64,000 nt of DNA, from NCBI GenBank assembly GCA_043228905.1, contig JBHGNT010000010.1:1550001-1614000 (forward strand). The letters are read 5' to 3'. The translations under genes were made by a program, and so were the position numbers. Below are positions 1-12,826 of this stretch, piece by piece (the first letter of the stretch is position 1; each line of letters begins with the position of its first letter). Under the pieces are notes generated by a model that saw only the letters and a program-made list of their open reading frames with translations, did not search any database and was not told where the DNA came from. Source of the stretch: Azolla caroliniana (taxonomy: Eukaryota > Plantae > Polypodiophyta).

Positions 1-3000
1 ATTAATAATGTTACCATAGTATCTTATTTATGAATGTTATGTAAGAGTCTTCAGACAGTTTTCCAATGCCTTTCTGTACAATTCCATTTTCTTTTTCACT
101 CACATAGTAAACATTTTCATGCATTAATATAAGTACATACTTTAATAACTCGTCCTTTTCACTCAATTTCGTTAGTAATGAAGACTTTGCAATTTCGGCT
201 TCTACGTTAGCTTTCTTTTCCCGTTTCAATTCCTCTTCAATCTGAGAGAAGATTATTTCTTCTTCAGCCAATTCGTTTTGGAGTTCATGAACCTGAAAAA
301 TCAAGTCTCTTTCACAGCTATATATAAGAAATCAGAATGAAATATACAAGAACTTTCTCAGCACCTTATCCCTTTCCTCTTCTAGTTTCCTTGTCAAATT
401 CCGTTCCATTGTTTCCATCGCTGCAACTTTGTCTGCTATACATTTCTTCAAGGCTACTATTTCTGACTTAAGATCTCGGATGCTATCATTTTGGCTGTCC
501 AGCATTTTATTCTTTATCTGGCATCAATATTTCCAGTCTTCATTTCTACTCAAAGGGAATAAAAGGATGCAAACATGTCACATGCACATGCATAATTCTT
601 ATAACCACGTGAAACTTGCTAATTTCTGTACATATTCATTTTGCTTCCTAAAATCCAGCTCCAATACCAGAAGAATTTTAGAAGAGTCATTATCAGTACA
701 TATTCATTCTGCTCTTATTCTGGTTTCTTTGGGTTCTTTCAGTCACTCCTGTTTTGCCTTGTTTATTTGAATGATTCTAATCTCAAATAAAATAACTGGA
801 ACACTATAATGATTTATGAACAAAAGTTCTGCCACCAATGACAAGGGATGAGACTTATGCTAATTGCAAGTAATATTAAATTAGAACATATGATGCAAAT
901 GATAATGTAAAAGGTAAAAATTTGAGTGTATGTTTGGAATACCCTAAGTGCATCTTCAGTGGCTACAACTTTCTGTACATTTTCTGACAGCATAGAAGAC
1001 AAATTCTTATTTTCCTCCAAAAGTTTATTGTTTTCTGACAAATTTGAAGAAAGAATCTTATTCTGCTCCAAGAGCTGATCATTTTCATATGTTAAGGAAT
1101 CAATTCTCTTCTGCATATTATCTGCTATATGATTCTCAGCTTCTTCTAATTTTTTTCGAAGCATTTCAACCTCTATTGTGAGTTGTTCTGATTTCATACT
1201 TTGCACTCTCATGTTCTCCAACTCCTTTTTCAGTTCAGCAATTTCCTGCATCACATCACATCCAAAACATCAAGAGTAAAGCCTCCACCCAGCTGCAAAA
1301 ATGAAAAAAGTTTACAGGTCTAAATACTACCAGTGATAAATAAAAACACTGAGAGCATCCAAAAGATTGGAAACTCAATCTTTGCTCAAGCTCTTTCACC
1401 TTTAGTATCCTTGTGGCATTTAATTTAGTTTATTCGTGCTTATTCATTATTGTAAGAGTTATCAATCATCAATATGACAGAACCTTTGTGTAATCTGTGA
1501 TCATTTGCTATGACAGATGTCGTTCATTATTTTCCTCCAAAGAGACACTCCTTCCTTGTGATGACAAATGACATTCATTGTTTTCCTTTAAAGAGACTTC
1601 CTAAATAGTTTCCCTTCATGATTGTCACATAAGGTTATTATCATAAGAACAAGGAAAAGTATGAACCAAACTAATATGTCAGGTATAGCCTTTCAAAAGA
1701 TAGAACATAGAGATAAAACAAAGAATAGGTCATGGAACAACGTGGAGAAAATAAAATGAAACATAGATATGTTGCTATCTTCCTATCAATAAATGTGCTA
1801 ACTGAAACAAATGATTGACAGTGAGTTTATAAGCATCAAATTCTCCCACACATTTACAAATTAATAGAAATAAATGAGAATATGTACATATATACTACCT
1901 AATTTTCAGATTCTCACCTTTATCTGCGGAGGTAATGCAAGTTCTTTGCTATCCTCAAAAGTTCTCCATGTATTTTCTGCTGAATAAAAACACAAACTCA
2001 CAGAGTGAAGTTAATACAAACTGAAAAGGTTTCCATGTATTTTCTGCTAAATTCAAAGCGCACAAATAGGTCGATGTTCATATGAGCATTCGCAATGAAG
2101 TTACCAATAATTCAGTGTTTCACTCTTTCTGATTCAAGTATGCTCAAGTGAAACGTCCCAAGTAATTTTCAGGGGAGAAAAGAGCTGACGAAAATTGACA
2201 TATAGACCAAGCCCAATATAAACAAGAAAAACGTGATTGGCCATTCTATGGGGTATTGTTGAGATACTTAAAAGTTTACCCCAAAACTAGTACTTAGCAC
2301 ATAATACAAGCAATAATAGCTCTTTCCATTTATACCAGAATCAATGACCCTGCCTTCTTGTCCAACAAGTGCATGCTGGTAGGCTAAAGTGCCTTCTCGT
2401 GAGTTGAGCCCTAGAAAAAATACTTGTGGAAGTCGGCTTACGGAAAATCTGTGTAGAATAAAGAAACTCGCCATTATTGACGAATACCATCATATTGAAG
2501 TAAACACACATTCATTAAATAAGCTGTAGTAAATTATAACAACAAGCATACAATTTTGATTCAGTAAGTTGCCTTTGGAAATCAATCCGTTCGAGATTCA
2601 ATAAAGATGATAGTGTCTTAATTTCTTCTCTGCTTGTCAACTCTCTATCTTTGCATGTTTCCTGTTCCAGATAATTCACAGATTGTTAAAGATATCAAAA
2701 CAATCCAGAACTTCAATTGCTAACAAAAGAGGATTTTGGCAATAATGAATTTGTATAGAATAAGAGGCATTTAGTCTCTGGTGCATATGGAAGATGCACT
2801 AATCTCAAAGAATTGGTAGTGAATACCTCTCCATTACAATTTGCATATGGAGAAATGCATTTCATCGTCTCCAGACTTCAGGACCTCTACTATTTGGTTT
2901 ATTATATATTTTTTAGCTTCATAATGTTGTTCACGTTTAATTTTATTTATGAATTGTAAATACAGAACTTTATGAAATCCTTGAAACTTGTTTAGCAGAA

Positions 3001-6000
3001 AAATCGCATCATCTGATGATTGATATAATTAATACCAAGAAACCAAATGCCAAAAGGTGAATTCAACAATGGAAACCTTCATATTAGGAACAAAAGTTCA
3101 TAAGATAATTGTCATCCAAGAGAAATTAGAGGATTTTCCAGAAGGAATCAGCAGAAAGTGATACAAGTTGACAGCTTTTGTTCAGTAATGCATTCTTATG
3201 ATTTACTGAAAGCAAGGAGATCCAACTTTAGAATTATCCTAACATTCCTCTCTTCGAAGTTGAGAGAAACGGTATTAGGAAACATGAAACAAGAAGGAAA
3301 ACCAAGGTTCAAGAACAAACCAGTTCAGCATTAAGATGTTGAATCTTAATATGTGAGGATTTACTCAATTTTGACAATGCCTGTCTCAACTGATTTCTTT
3401 CTGACACAATATCTCTGAGAGAAGTTTCTGCAACCTGTAATTAAGTGTCATATCATTCTCATAAATACTAGTGTCAGATCTTTCTCATGAATACTAAAAT
3501 CTTGAGTATTTGTAGAGATTATTTAATAACCTGTTTTGCATGCTTCATTGCATCTAATGTTTCCTTAAGTGACAAGATTTCTGTCTTTGCTGTCACAACA
3601 ACCTCAAGAAGACGTTCATGATGTAAAGCAGAACCTAAGCTTCCGTTTACTTTCATCATTTCTTCCATCTTCATTATGCCTTCTTTGTATCTCAAAATTT
3701 CTGCATCTTTTTTCTGATACAAATTATTTTTTAATATTTGGAAACATATTGAAAGAAAAATGTCTACAAAGGCAGCACTATACATAATAGGACAAGAATA
3801 GTAGAGCTTCAACACCTTCATTTCTGCTTCAAGTTCAGAAATTCTTTGGTGTTCTATTAATGATTCTACAGGTGTCTCTTTTTGTTTGCTAGATTCTTCC
3901 TCAGTTTGCAAACCAATGCAATTATTGTTTCTTTCTTTGAGTTCTGCAGAATAGACATCAGTAGATTTATCTTTCACCTGTTTTGGCATGCAAATAGATC
4001 AAATAAGCAGTTTGATTGGCTTGAAATAAACAAGAATAATGGAAAGGGAAAACTCTGAAATACTCCTGCTTTTTAATTTATTTCCCCGAATGACCCGGAG
4101 TTCCCATTGTTTCCTCAAATGTCCTTGGTCAATCCCCAAAAGAGAGAGAAAAGGAATAAACTTGACAATCTAAATAGCATATATAATTAAGAAGAGGGGG
4201 ATGAATTAAGCATATAATTATTCAAATAGCGCATATAATTTATCTTTCAGAGGCTGATCAAAGGCATTTGGGGAAACAAAGAAAAACTCAAGTATTTCAG
4301 AGTTTTTCCCTCATAATTATGGCCAGTATGCATGGTGACAGTTGTACTATCTCACTCTAGTATATTTTCGATGTTTGCACGGTCTAATGCTTCAAGAACC
4401 AGTGGACTTGACAACAAGATACTGAATAGAGCATTAAGATAGCGTGCCTCAATACAAGTTGCCCCAGTGCTAGATCCTTCAAACATGTCGGTTTGTGTGT
4501 ATACAGAATCCTTTGCTGATAAGTTGTTTTCTCGCACCTTGGCAGCTTCATTAGACGTATGAAAATCTGATGGATGTTTAAAGTCTTTTAAAGCCTACAT
4601 GAATTCATCAAGAACTAGCATTAGAATATCTAGATCTCCTCTAGAATAAAAACTTCATTCCTACGTAGGATGTCCATAATACATGAGATATAAAATATTG
4701 TTAATTGTAATTTTATTAAATAAATTTGTCTTTTTTCTTTGCAGACACAAAACTCAAGTATTGCAATGTGGTTATTGCCGGTGGATCACCTGGATATATT
4801 GACTATTCGTGAAGGCACATTTGAGGTTTTCCTTTGTGTGGAACTTAATGGCAGAGAGGGAGGGAGAGTTTTTAGAATCACTTTAGAATACATATAATCT
4901 CATATCCTTGTGATGAATTGAATTTATAATTTATTTAGTTTCAAAAGAGAATAGCTGTATGAACTCTCACCTTGTCTGAGTCTTCCATAACTTGGACCAC
5001 GTTATCTATAATGCCTTTCTCTGATTGATCCAACAATTTCTTTCTGATATTGTTTTGCTTGTTTTCTTCCACTTCTTCGCTTAAATTTTGTGCACTACAG
5101 AGACTTTCATCTTCAACAGCATCTAAAGTATTACAAGCATGTAAAGTACAAGATTCAAGGAACTTCAAGCGAGCCTCTATAGAGTTTAGACGATCCAATT
5201 TCTCAACTGATAATTTATGTGATTTCTGATTTCCTAAATCTTTCTTCTTTTTCTTCCTATAAAATCCAATCAGATCATGATCAATTTGAGTAGAAGAATT
5301 GCCAGTGACTTGTTCAAGAGATGATATCTCTTCCTCGCAAAATATCAAATCTTTGGGATGTGCATTAGTGTCATCTGGTTTTTGAAACATGATTTTGGCA
5401 TGGCCAATATGTGAAGTGGAGTCCTGTTTGTGTGAATTATATTCCTTTTCATTTGGAATAGTCCAGTTTGAGTTACGTGGCACAGAACCTTTTGATGTTT
5501 TTTTGTTCAAGCTGTCTTGCACTTTGTCGGTCTTTCTTTGACGTAAATGAGATCCTTTTGATGCTTTCATAATGCACATCTCTTCCTCTTTGTTATCCAT
5601 TTGTTGCCAATAAGAAGAGAGCTCCTGGTGCAATCAGTGGGGGTATATGCTATAAAGAAACATTTTGTATAATAAATGACGATAGATAAACATTTTGTAT
5701 CAAAATGAAGATAAATGCAGGAATTTTTAAATGCTTGCCTTTGGTTGGGCCATATGTGTTAAACCTTCTGGCCAAGATTTTGGCATATCAGAACAGAATT
5801 GATCCTTCCCTTGCAGCAAATAATGACAATTGTCCTGTTTTCTTGGAGGACATCTGTAATTCTCATGGTATACAGGGCGTAATGGCTTATTATTATTAAG
5901 ATAGCATAAGAGCTGATCCGCATGCATACTGTTGAAGGGCGTATTGCAATAAATACTAGTCGTTCTCAAACAATTAAACACATCACTTGACTGTTGAGGC

Positions 6001-7847
6001 TGAAGCAATCGACCATCTAACAGTTCAAGATGTGGAAGGATAGAAATTACTGTCACAACATACATGGATTCCTTGCATACTGCATTTACTTGTTGTCCTC
6101 TCGCGAGAAGTAATTCTTGCAAGTTCACACACCCCACAAGAAACCAGAGCTCAGATAGCGAGCGGATTTTATTGTCATGTATGTCCAAGTACTTGAGTGA
6201 ATACCTAATCACATTTAAAAATCTTTAGTTTCTCTAATAGCATATTTTACCTATAAAAAGATGAAAAGCCTGACATTATTTATTGTTTGCCTCAACCTGA
6301 ACTCGTGAAATTTTGGATATATGTTTCTTTCCTATATAATCATAAACTTTTAAGATGAAAGACTGACGTTTTTTATTGCTTGCCCTGACCTGGACTAGTG
6401 AAATTTGGTATATATGTTTCATTGGCATATAATCATAAAATTTTAAGGCAAAAAGCCCAACATTTTTTAATGCTTGCCCTGACCTGAACTAGTGAAATTT
6501 GGGATATATGTTTCTTTGGCATATAATCATAAAATTGGAAGATGAAAACTCAACATTTTATATTGCTTCACATATAATCATAAAATTTTAAGACAAAAAG
6601 CCCAACATTTTTTATTACTTGCCCTGACCTGAACTAGTGAAATTTGGGATATATGTCTCTTTGGAATATAATCATAAAATGTTATGTTTGGAAAACTGGT
6701 TCATATTAAAAAATTACCAGCAAATACCTAGACAAGCAAGTATTATCATTGGTTGAGACACATTTTCTCTACCAATATAGAAAAGCACTTTCATCGGTAA
6801 AATATATCTCTGTTAGGTCTGATTGGCTATTATGATCTTTTAGAGACATAAATGTATCTTTCTTTCTCTACATAAAAATACAGTTTTCATGAGACTTGTA
6901 AACATAAAACCAAGTTCTTTAAAAAATTCTAGCAAAATCCTGAAATACCGATTCACGTACCCAGGTCCATCTTGAATAGCCAAGCCTCTGAGTTTCTCTA
7001 TGTGGTTGTGAGCTAGCACTAACCTCACAAGCGAAGTGAGACCTCCAAAGCCCTGAATTTCTTCAATAAAATTGCTTGACAAGTCCAAAACCTTAAGATT
7101 TGAGAGATGAGAAATCCCTTCTACTTTTCTGATGCGATTTGATGATAAATTGAGATTTTCCAAGTGATGCAATCCATCTAATCCTTCTATAACTGAAATT
7201 TGGTTACCATGAAGAGAAAGAGACCTCAAGTTTGTGAATCTTTGAAGACCAATAACAGCTGAGATAGATTCAAGACCTGCACCATATGCATGGACTTCCT
7301 TCGTTTCCATGTCTACTGCATCTAGATTCATAGGAAAACCACGACATTTGTGTTGCCATTAATGCTAGATATATGGATAGATGCATTCATGCATGTATGC
7401 ATGCATATGTATGAGTGCATGTACATATGTATGCATTTATGTTCCCTCATCGAGAGAGATGAAATACAGATTCCACTGCATCTATAAAGAAAATATTCAA
7501 AACGTTCATGCCTTCAGGGTTATGCCTAGGAATTACATAATGCAGATGGTCATCGGAAATATACTTCAAATCAAGAAAGATGAATTACAGATTCATTGTA
7601 TATGTAGAAAAATCATCAAGAATTAGATAAATCCTTTAGGAAGATGTAGATGTGGATAATCAGTATGATCAAAGTATTCATATATACATATGTATATGTA
7701 TGTGTGCGCGCGCACATACAGCCAGATAGAATTACCTGTTGTTGCAGGTTCATCCGAAGCTAATTGGAATGGGCGGACCTGAAACTTCGTGAGAGGAGGG
7801 TGGACGTCTTCAGCTTTCATGGCTCCTTTCTTTGACGGTGTCGTCAT
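1..7847 (-). CDS. LRRCC1: LRRCC1/VFL1-like leucine-rich repeat and coiled-coil centriole/basal-body protein (multi-exon; 3' end beyond the window)
   Basis: Exons 7847-7736, 7321-6961, 6204-5739 and 5624-4971 join in frame; later exons lie near 4594, 3977, 3434, 2661, 1245, 517 and 292 (approximate). SDS22-type LRRs (LRSLSLHGNQISVIEGL, LENLNLSSNRIRKVEGI, LKVLDLSSNFIEEIQG), LRRcap (NAVCKESMYVVTVISILPHLELLDG), long coiled-coil exons and a C-terminal IKNKMLDSQNDSIRDLK segment resemble animal LRRCC1 as remembered. Confidence 0.85.
4036..4320. mobile_element. Foldback/MITE-like element in an LRRCC1 intron
   Basis: Imperfect terminal inverted repeat GGGAAAACTCTGAAATACT (~4046) / AGTATTTCAGAGTTTTTCCC (~4291-4310) plus inner pair TTTCCCCGAATG / CATTTGGGGAAA. 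No clear target-site duplication (TSD). Confidence 0.55.
6258..6680. repeat. Degenerate ~92-bp tandem repeat (about 4.5 copies) in an LRRCC1 intron
   Basis: Recurring unit ...CCTGACCTGAACTAGTGAAATTTGGGATATATGTTTC...ATATAATCATAAAATTTTAAG... Confidence 0.85.
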
Positions 7848-9699
7848 GTCTGTCTGTCTGTCTGTGAGTGAGAGAAGTCGTTACACAGCACAGTGTAGCC
7901 AACCTCGGCTTTTCTTGAGTTATGTATGTGTATGTATTTCAAAAATGAGAAGGAAAGAGAGGATTTAGGAAATTACGATTGACCAGAAACAAATACCCCT
8001 CCTAACTTCTCTGTGTATTCTTTCAACTTTTACAAATTCCTCCAAAAATACCCCTCCCTATTGCTATACATATAGACTTATAGTATGTACATATACATAG
8101 TGGTGAACCTACTAGCCCATTCATTGTGGTGAAGCTACTAGCCCATTCATTGTGTTCTTCTTCTTCTACATGCATTTGGCCTCCACTCACTCTCTCGTTT
8201 ATTTGCACCACTTTTACTAGGTCCTGAAGTGACACATAGGAGGCTCTCAAGAACGCTCGATATATTCTTCGGGTAGTTACCCTCACCTATGCCATGTTGG
8301 ATGCCTATGATCGCCATCTATATCGTTATACGTTTTCTATTACCTAACTCACATTCTCTCTTATGTGGGATGGGGCGTTTATAGCTCGTGTGAAGTAGAC
8401 TCTATGTCCCCCTCTCCCACTTCACACCCACCCGAGACATGCTAGATCTAATCCCTTTGTTTGCCACCCACACCCCGATAACATTCCCATTCAACTCATT
8501 CTCTTTATTATTTAATGTGAGATGGGGTATTCAATCATAAGCAATGACACTTGTACATTGTGTTTTTTCCATGAATTTTTTTGTCAGTTTGAGTATCCTA
8601 CCTTGATACCATGCTTCAATTTCCACTGCCATCGAGTTTGCTTTCCACATATTGTTGAAATGGTCCAATCCCTATACATTTCCCCCATTGGCATTATGTG
8701 CTCCCTTAATTACAACATTCATTCAAAAGAATTGGCATCCTTGTCATATTCTATTGGACATGATGAAATTACTTTATTGTGGACAATCAATCATCATCTT
8801 CTAATCAAGGTCATTTACAATTAAGCAAATAGAGGACACTTATAAATTATGACTATCCCATTCAACATGCAACGGTCGAACCACTCTCTTGTGGATGGGC
8901 ACCGGTTTTGCCACGACTTCTTATTATCGCCCGACCGTTACAAAAGCTTTTTCTTCGGTTGAATATATAAGGACGGAAGTCAATTTTGGATGGCTGATTC
9001 GATTTGTCCATCGATGGTCAGTGAGTATGATGGTTCCAATGATGATTCTGATCCTATTGTAATGTACTTTGGAAATTACATAACTTATTCTTATCGCTTG
9101 CAATATAAAAAATTATGAGAAAAGGTGGGTGGGTACGCACATGTCTCCCCATTAATGTAATAACCATTTGGAATTCCCGATCTGGTTCTACAAAAATCTG
9201 TATAAAAATTACTCTATTTACTTGAGGTACTTATTTTATTGCATCTTGAACTTTTAAGGATTCCCTGTATAATCATTGTGATAAATAGATAGTCTCTATC
9301 GCATAGAAATAAAATTAGTCATGATGTTGCAAATGAAAATGTCCTTGGCTATAGAATCCCACATTTATACCAAAATGCGTTCTACCATTGATCGCCTAAT
9401 GCACTCACTTGGCATAGTTTCTTCAAGTTGGATTCATGTACCCATGCTCTTTGCTTAATGTATTGGTGCTCTAAAGATGACAATATGTCACTATCATCAT
9501 CACAATTGTCTCTTTGACGTGGTGAAAATATGTTTGCCTCATTTTCAAAAAGGCCATGCATGCATTTCATGGCAAATAACCTAAGATTGAGTTAACATGA
9601 ACGATTGTTTACACAAAGCATATGGATAGTTTATGTTTTAAGAATACATTCATGCAACCATTTTGAGCAATCTAACATGGATACAATTTGCATGGCACA

Positions 9700-9965
9700 T
9701 ATTGAGCAAGCAAGCTCAACCAAAGCCGGATCGGCATCGGAAACAACCGGCCGGACGGAGAGCCAGATTTGAGTGCGAACCGGAAGCCTAGTAGTAGCCT
9801 AGACTACTAGGTAATCATTGTCTCGTAGTTAGTGTCAGTTGCTCGTATGAGCATTGAAGTACATAGTACTTCTATGAGTCCTTTTGAGGACTTGTATAAA
9901 TAGTGTTGTTTAGCATGTTGTATGTACAGAGTTTTCAAAGTGATATTTTGAATTGAATTTTATGT

Positions 9966-10024
<59 letters not shown>

Positions 10025-10132
10025 CCACGCGTATTCTCTACGTTAAGTTCTCCATTAAACCTTTTCTCATTTTCTGTTGCTATCTTGCAGAGCCGGTTTG
10101 TTTAACGCTTCCGCACACTAACTTTTACAACA
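9700..10132 (+). mobile_element. Probable solo LTR (Copia-like)
   Basis: TATA-like TTGTATAAATAG at ~9893, internal (CT)n, and a Copia-like end TTCCGC...TTACAACA. Flanks CATAT/CATTT match 4/5 if the LTR starts at TG 9703. Confidence 0.5.
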
Positions 10133-11644
10133 CATTTTTGTCGGTTCTCACAATTTCACATTGTATTGAATAGAAGTTTGAAGAAAGCAAATCACATTTT
10201 ACCTCTATGTCAAAAAACCTCACAAATGATATTTCCATCCATAAGGAAGATAGGACACATGGAATAGAAAATACACAGCTTCAAATTTTCAATCATGACA
10301 TCCCACATGTTAAATATAATATTTTTATTTCCTTAAGGCACCACCATGATAACATGCTTCTCCATGTTGGAACTCAAGCTTATTTACTTTACTTTTATGT
10401 TTAGATAAATGGGCAATTTCCTTGAGTTTTTTTATCTAGAATATACAAGTTTTACTACATATACATTGAACCATGTGTGTGTTTGGTATGGAAGAAGGAT
10501 GTATACACTCGAGCAAAAAGGTTAATATATCTCTCGAAATGTACCTACGAGAATGTTGTTCGAAGAAAGCTTAACTTGAGAGGGAATGTACTTGAGTTTC
10601 TATTTGGCTCCAATAATAAGAAGAAGAAAGACAAGTTTCACTACAAACAAATGTCTACCATTTGCAAGAACGGTACACTCTCTCCATTGGCCATAAAGCG
10701 CAACTCTCCCACATTGGCACCGAAGATATTCACTCTCTCATGGTAAAAAACCATAATGGATGAAACACTTCACACGGTCTAGAAATGGAAGAAAACTACT
10801 TCGCAATGTTCGAGAAGAAGTTGGGAATGCGCCAACTTGAGAAACTAGATGGCAAGTCACACAGAGAAAGAATTCAACAATTTAATCAACATTTAGAAAA
10901 TGATGTGAGTACTGCGACTCGTGAGGTAGGAACAAGATGAGTTTGATTTGTCACCTATTTCTTTCTTATAAAGATAATCAATAAAACATGGGAATCCTAG
11001 TACTTAAACTTCATATTCGGGAATCAACCCTATCTAGATAATGAAAGTTGTTGCATGCCATTTCATGGTTATTTAATATAATGTAGATGCGAGTTTGCGA
11101 TACACAATGCATAGTTTCACGCGTGGACTTGGTTGCCATGTAAAAAAAGAAGGCTTCTTGATTGATGCAACATTTAAGATGCCTCTTAACCTACCCCACA
11201 ATGTACTCTTGTACATATCCACAGATATCTCTTCGGCCATACATGATTTCGTACTGAAAGATGGGAAGCAGCCACCCCAAACAAGGCGAGACAGAAAAAG
11301 GTGCAGGCAACAACACATTAACAGATACTCAAACAAAGCTTGCGATGGTGGATGGTGATAAGAGTATGTGGCGGGATTGGCGGTGTTTCATTTGGGTGCC
11401 AGGCGGGCAGTAACTCTCCCAGAGTATACGAGTGACCGGAGAGCTTGGCTTGGCCTTGGCCCTGCCCAGGCTCCAGGCCCATGGGAGAGACTAATGAGTG
11501 AGAGACCCACTAGCTGCTTGCCAAGTGTACCTTGAAAAAATCTCTCTTCCTATCCAATCCAAACTACCAACGAACCTCCCCTCCTCCTCCTCCTCCTCCT
11601 CCTCCTCCTTATCCATCGCCATCGCCGTCGCCATCGCCGTCGCC

Positions 11645-12795
11645 ATGGCAGCCCTGCTCTCCTCGCCTGGCTCGCTTCTTCTGCTCCCAAGGAAGACCTG
11701 CACCGCGTTTCGAGATCTCCATCCTCCTCTGCCCACACAGATCTGGAGGCCTCGCTTTTATGCCAGAGATGTCCCCCCCTCGAAAGGCAGAGGTCGATCG
11801 TCCCGCAAAGCCTCTGCAGAGGGTCTTCGACGCATCATGAAAGGAAACGATAGAGACATGGAAGGATGGACACAGGTAAATCCAAAGAAAAAGAAAAAGA
11901 AAAAGAAAAAGGGAGGCCAGTTCTCATGATAGATTTTCTCTGTTTCGAAATGTTGTGTGTATATTAGGTTAGCAGAAAAGATGTCGTCCGTCTATATCTT
12001 TTTTATCTATCTGCGTGAAATTCTAGTAAAACTTAAGCCACAGATAAGATGGGGCCTGTATCTGCCTTTGATCTGTCTGTAATATGTATGTAGTGTTTGA
12101 AACCCTACCCTAAAATGCCATAAATCCTAAACTACCATAAGCCACCAAAAACCCTGTAACAGAAAATTTGGTTTTTGAAATGGTAACCTTACAAATTCCT
12201 GTCTGTTTAAATCAATCAGGTTGCTACCGCTGAAGATGTTCAGGAAGGCAAAAACAAGGCTATTATATACAATGATAAAGGGTGAGTAGAAGATATGCCT
12301 GCATACATTACATGTATATAGTATGTATAGTGTTGATAAATCTTTCTTTATATTCATCTTTTGCCAATCTCATCCATCCTTCTTCACTTTGGAATTTTCT
12401 TAGCTTTGTGCTAGTTAAAGAAGGAACCTCTCTATATGCAATAGAAGCCAACTGCTCTTCTTGCAAGTTCCCTATAATTGAAGGCAAGGTAGGCATATAT
12501 GTACATACTTGCATACATACATACTGTTAGAAAATCATCAGAACATAAATTGCAAAAAAACTCCGGAAAATAACCCTTAAGTTATTCTTTATCTCCCTAG
12601 ATGCCCCCGCCCCCTCTCAAGCAACCCTAGGAGCACACAATTGCGTGGTAAATTTATCACCCTTCTCTTCTCGATTCGATGAGCTATTTGAACAATTATG
12701 TGGTAGAATCGTTGCATCCTTTTTTGTGTCTCTCTCTTCACTGGAAGGGAGGAAACTTGGTCAAGGGTATTTGCAAAAATAATGAAAGACTACTG

Positions 12796-12826
<31 letters not shown>

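Noticed and set aside
11491-11840. Pro-rich, Arg-rich and Glu-rich alternative-frame ORFs
   Set aside because: Produced by (CCT)n/(CGCCAT)n repeats in the 5'UTR and the GC-rich first exon of the Rieske-fold gene.
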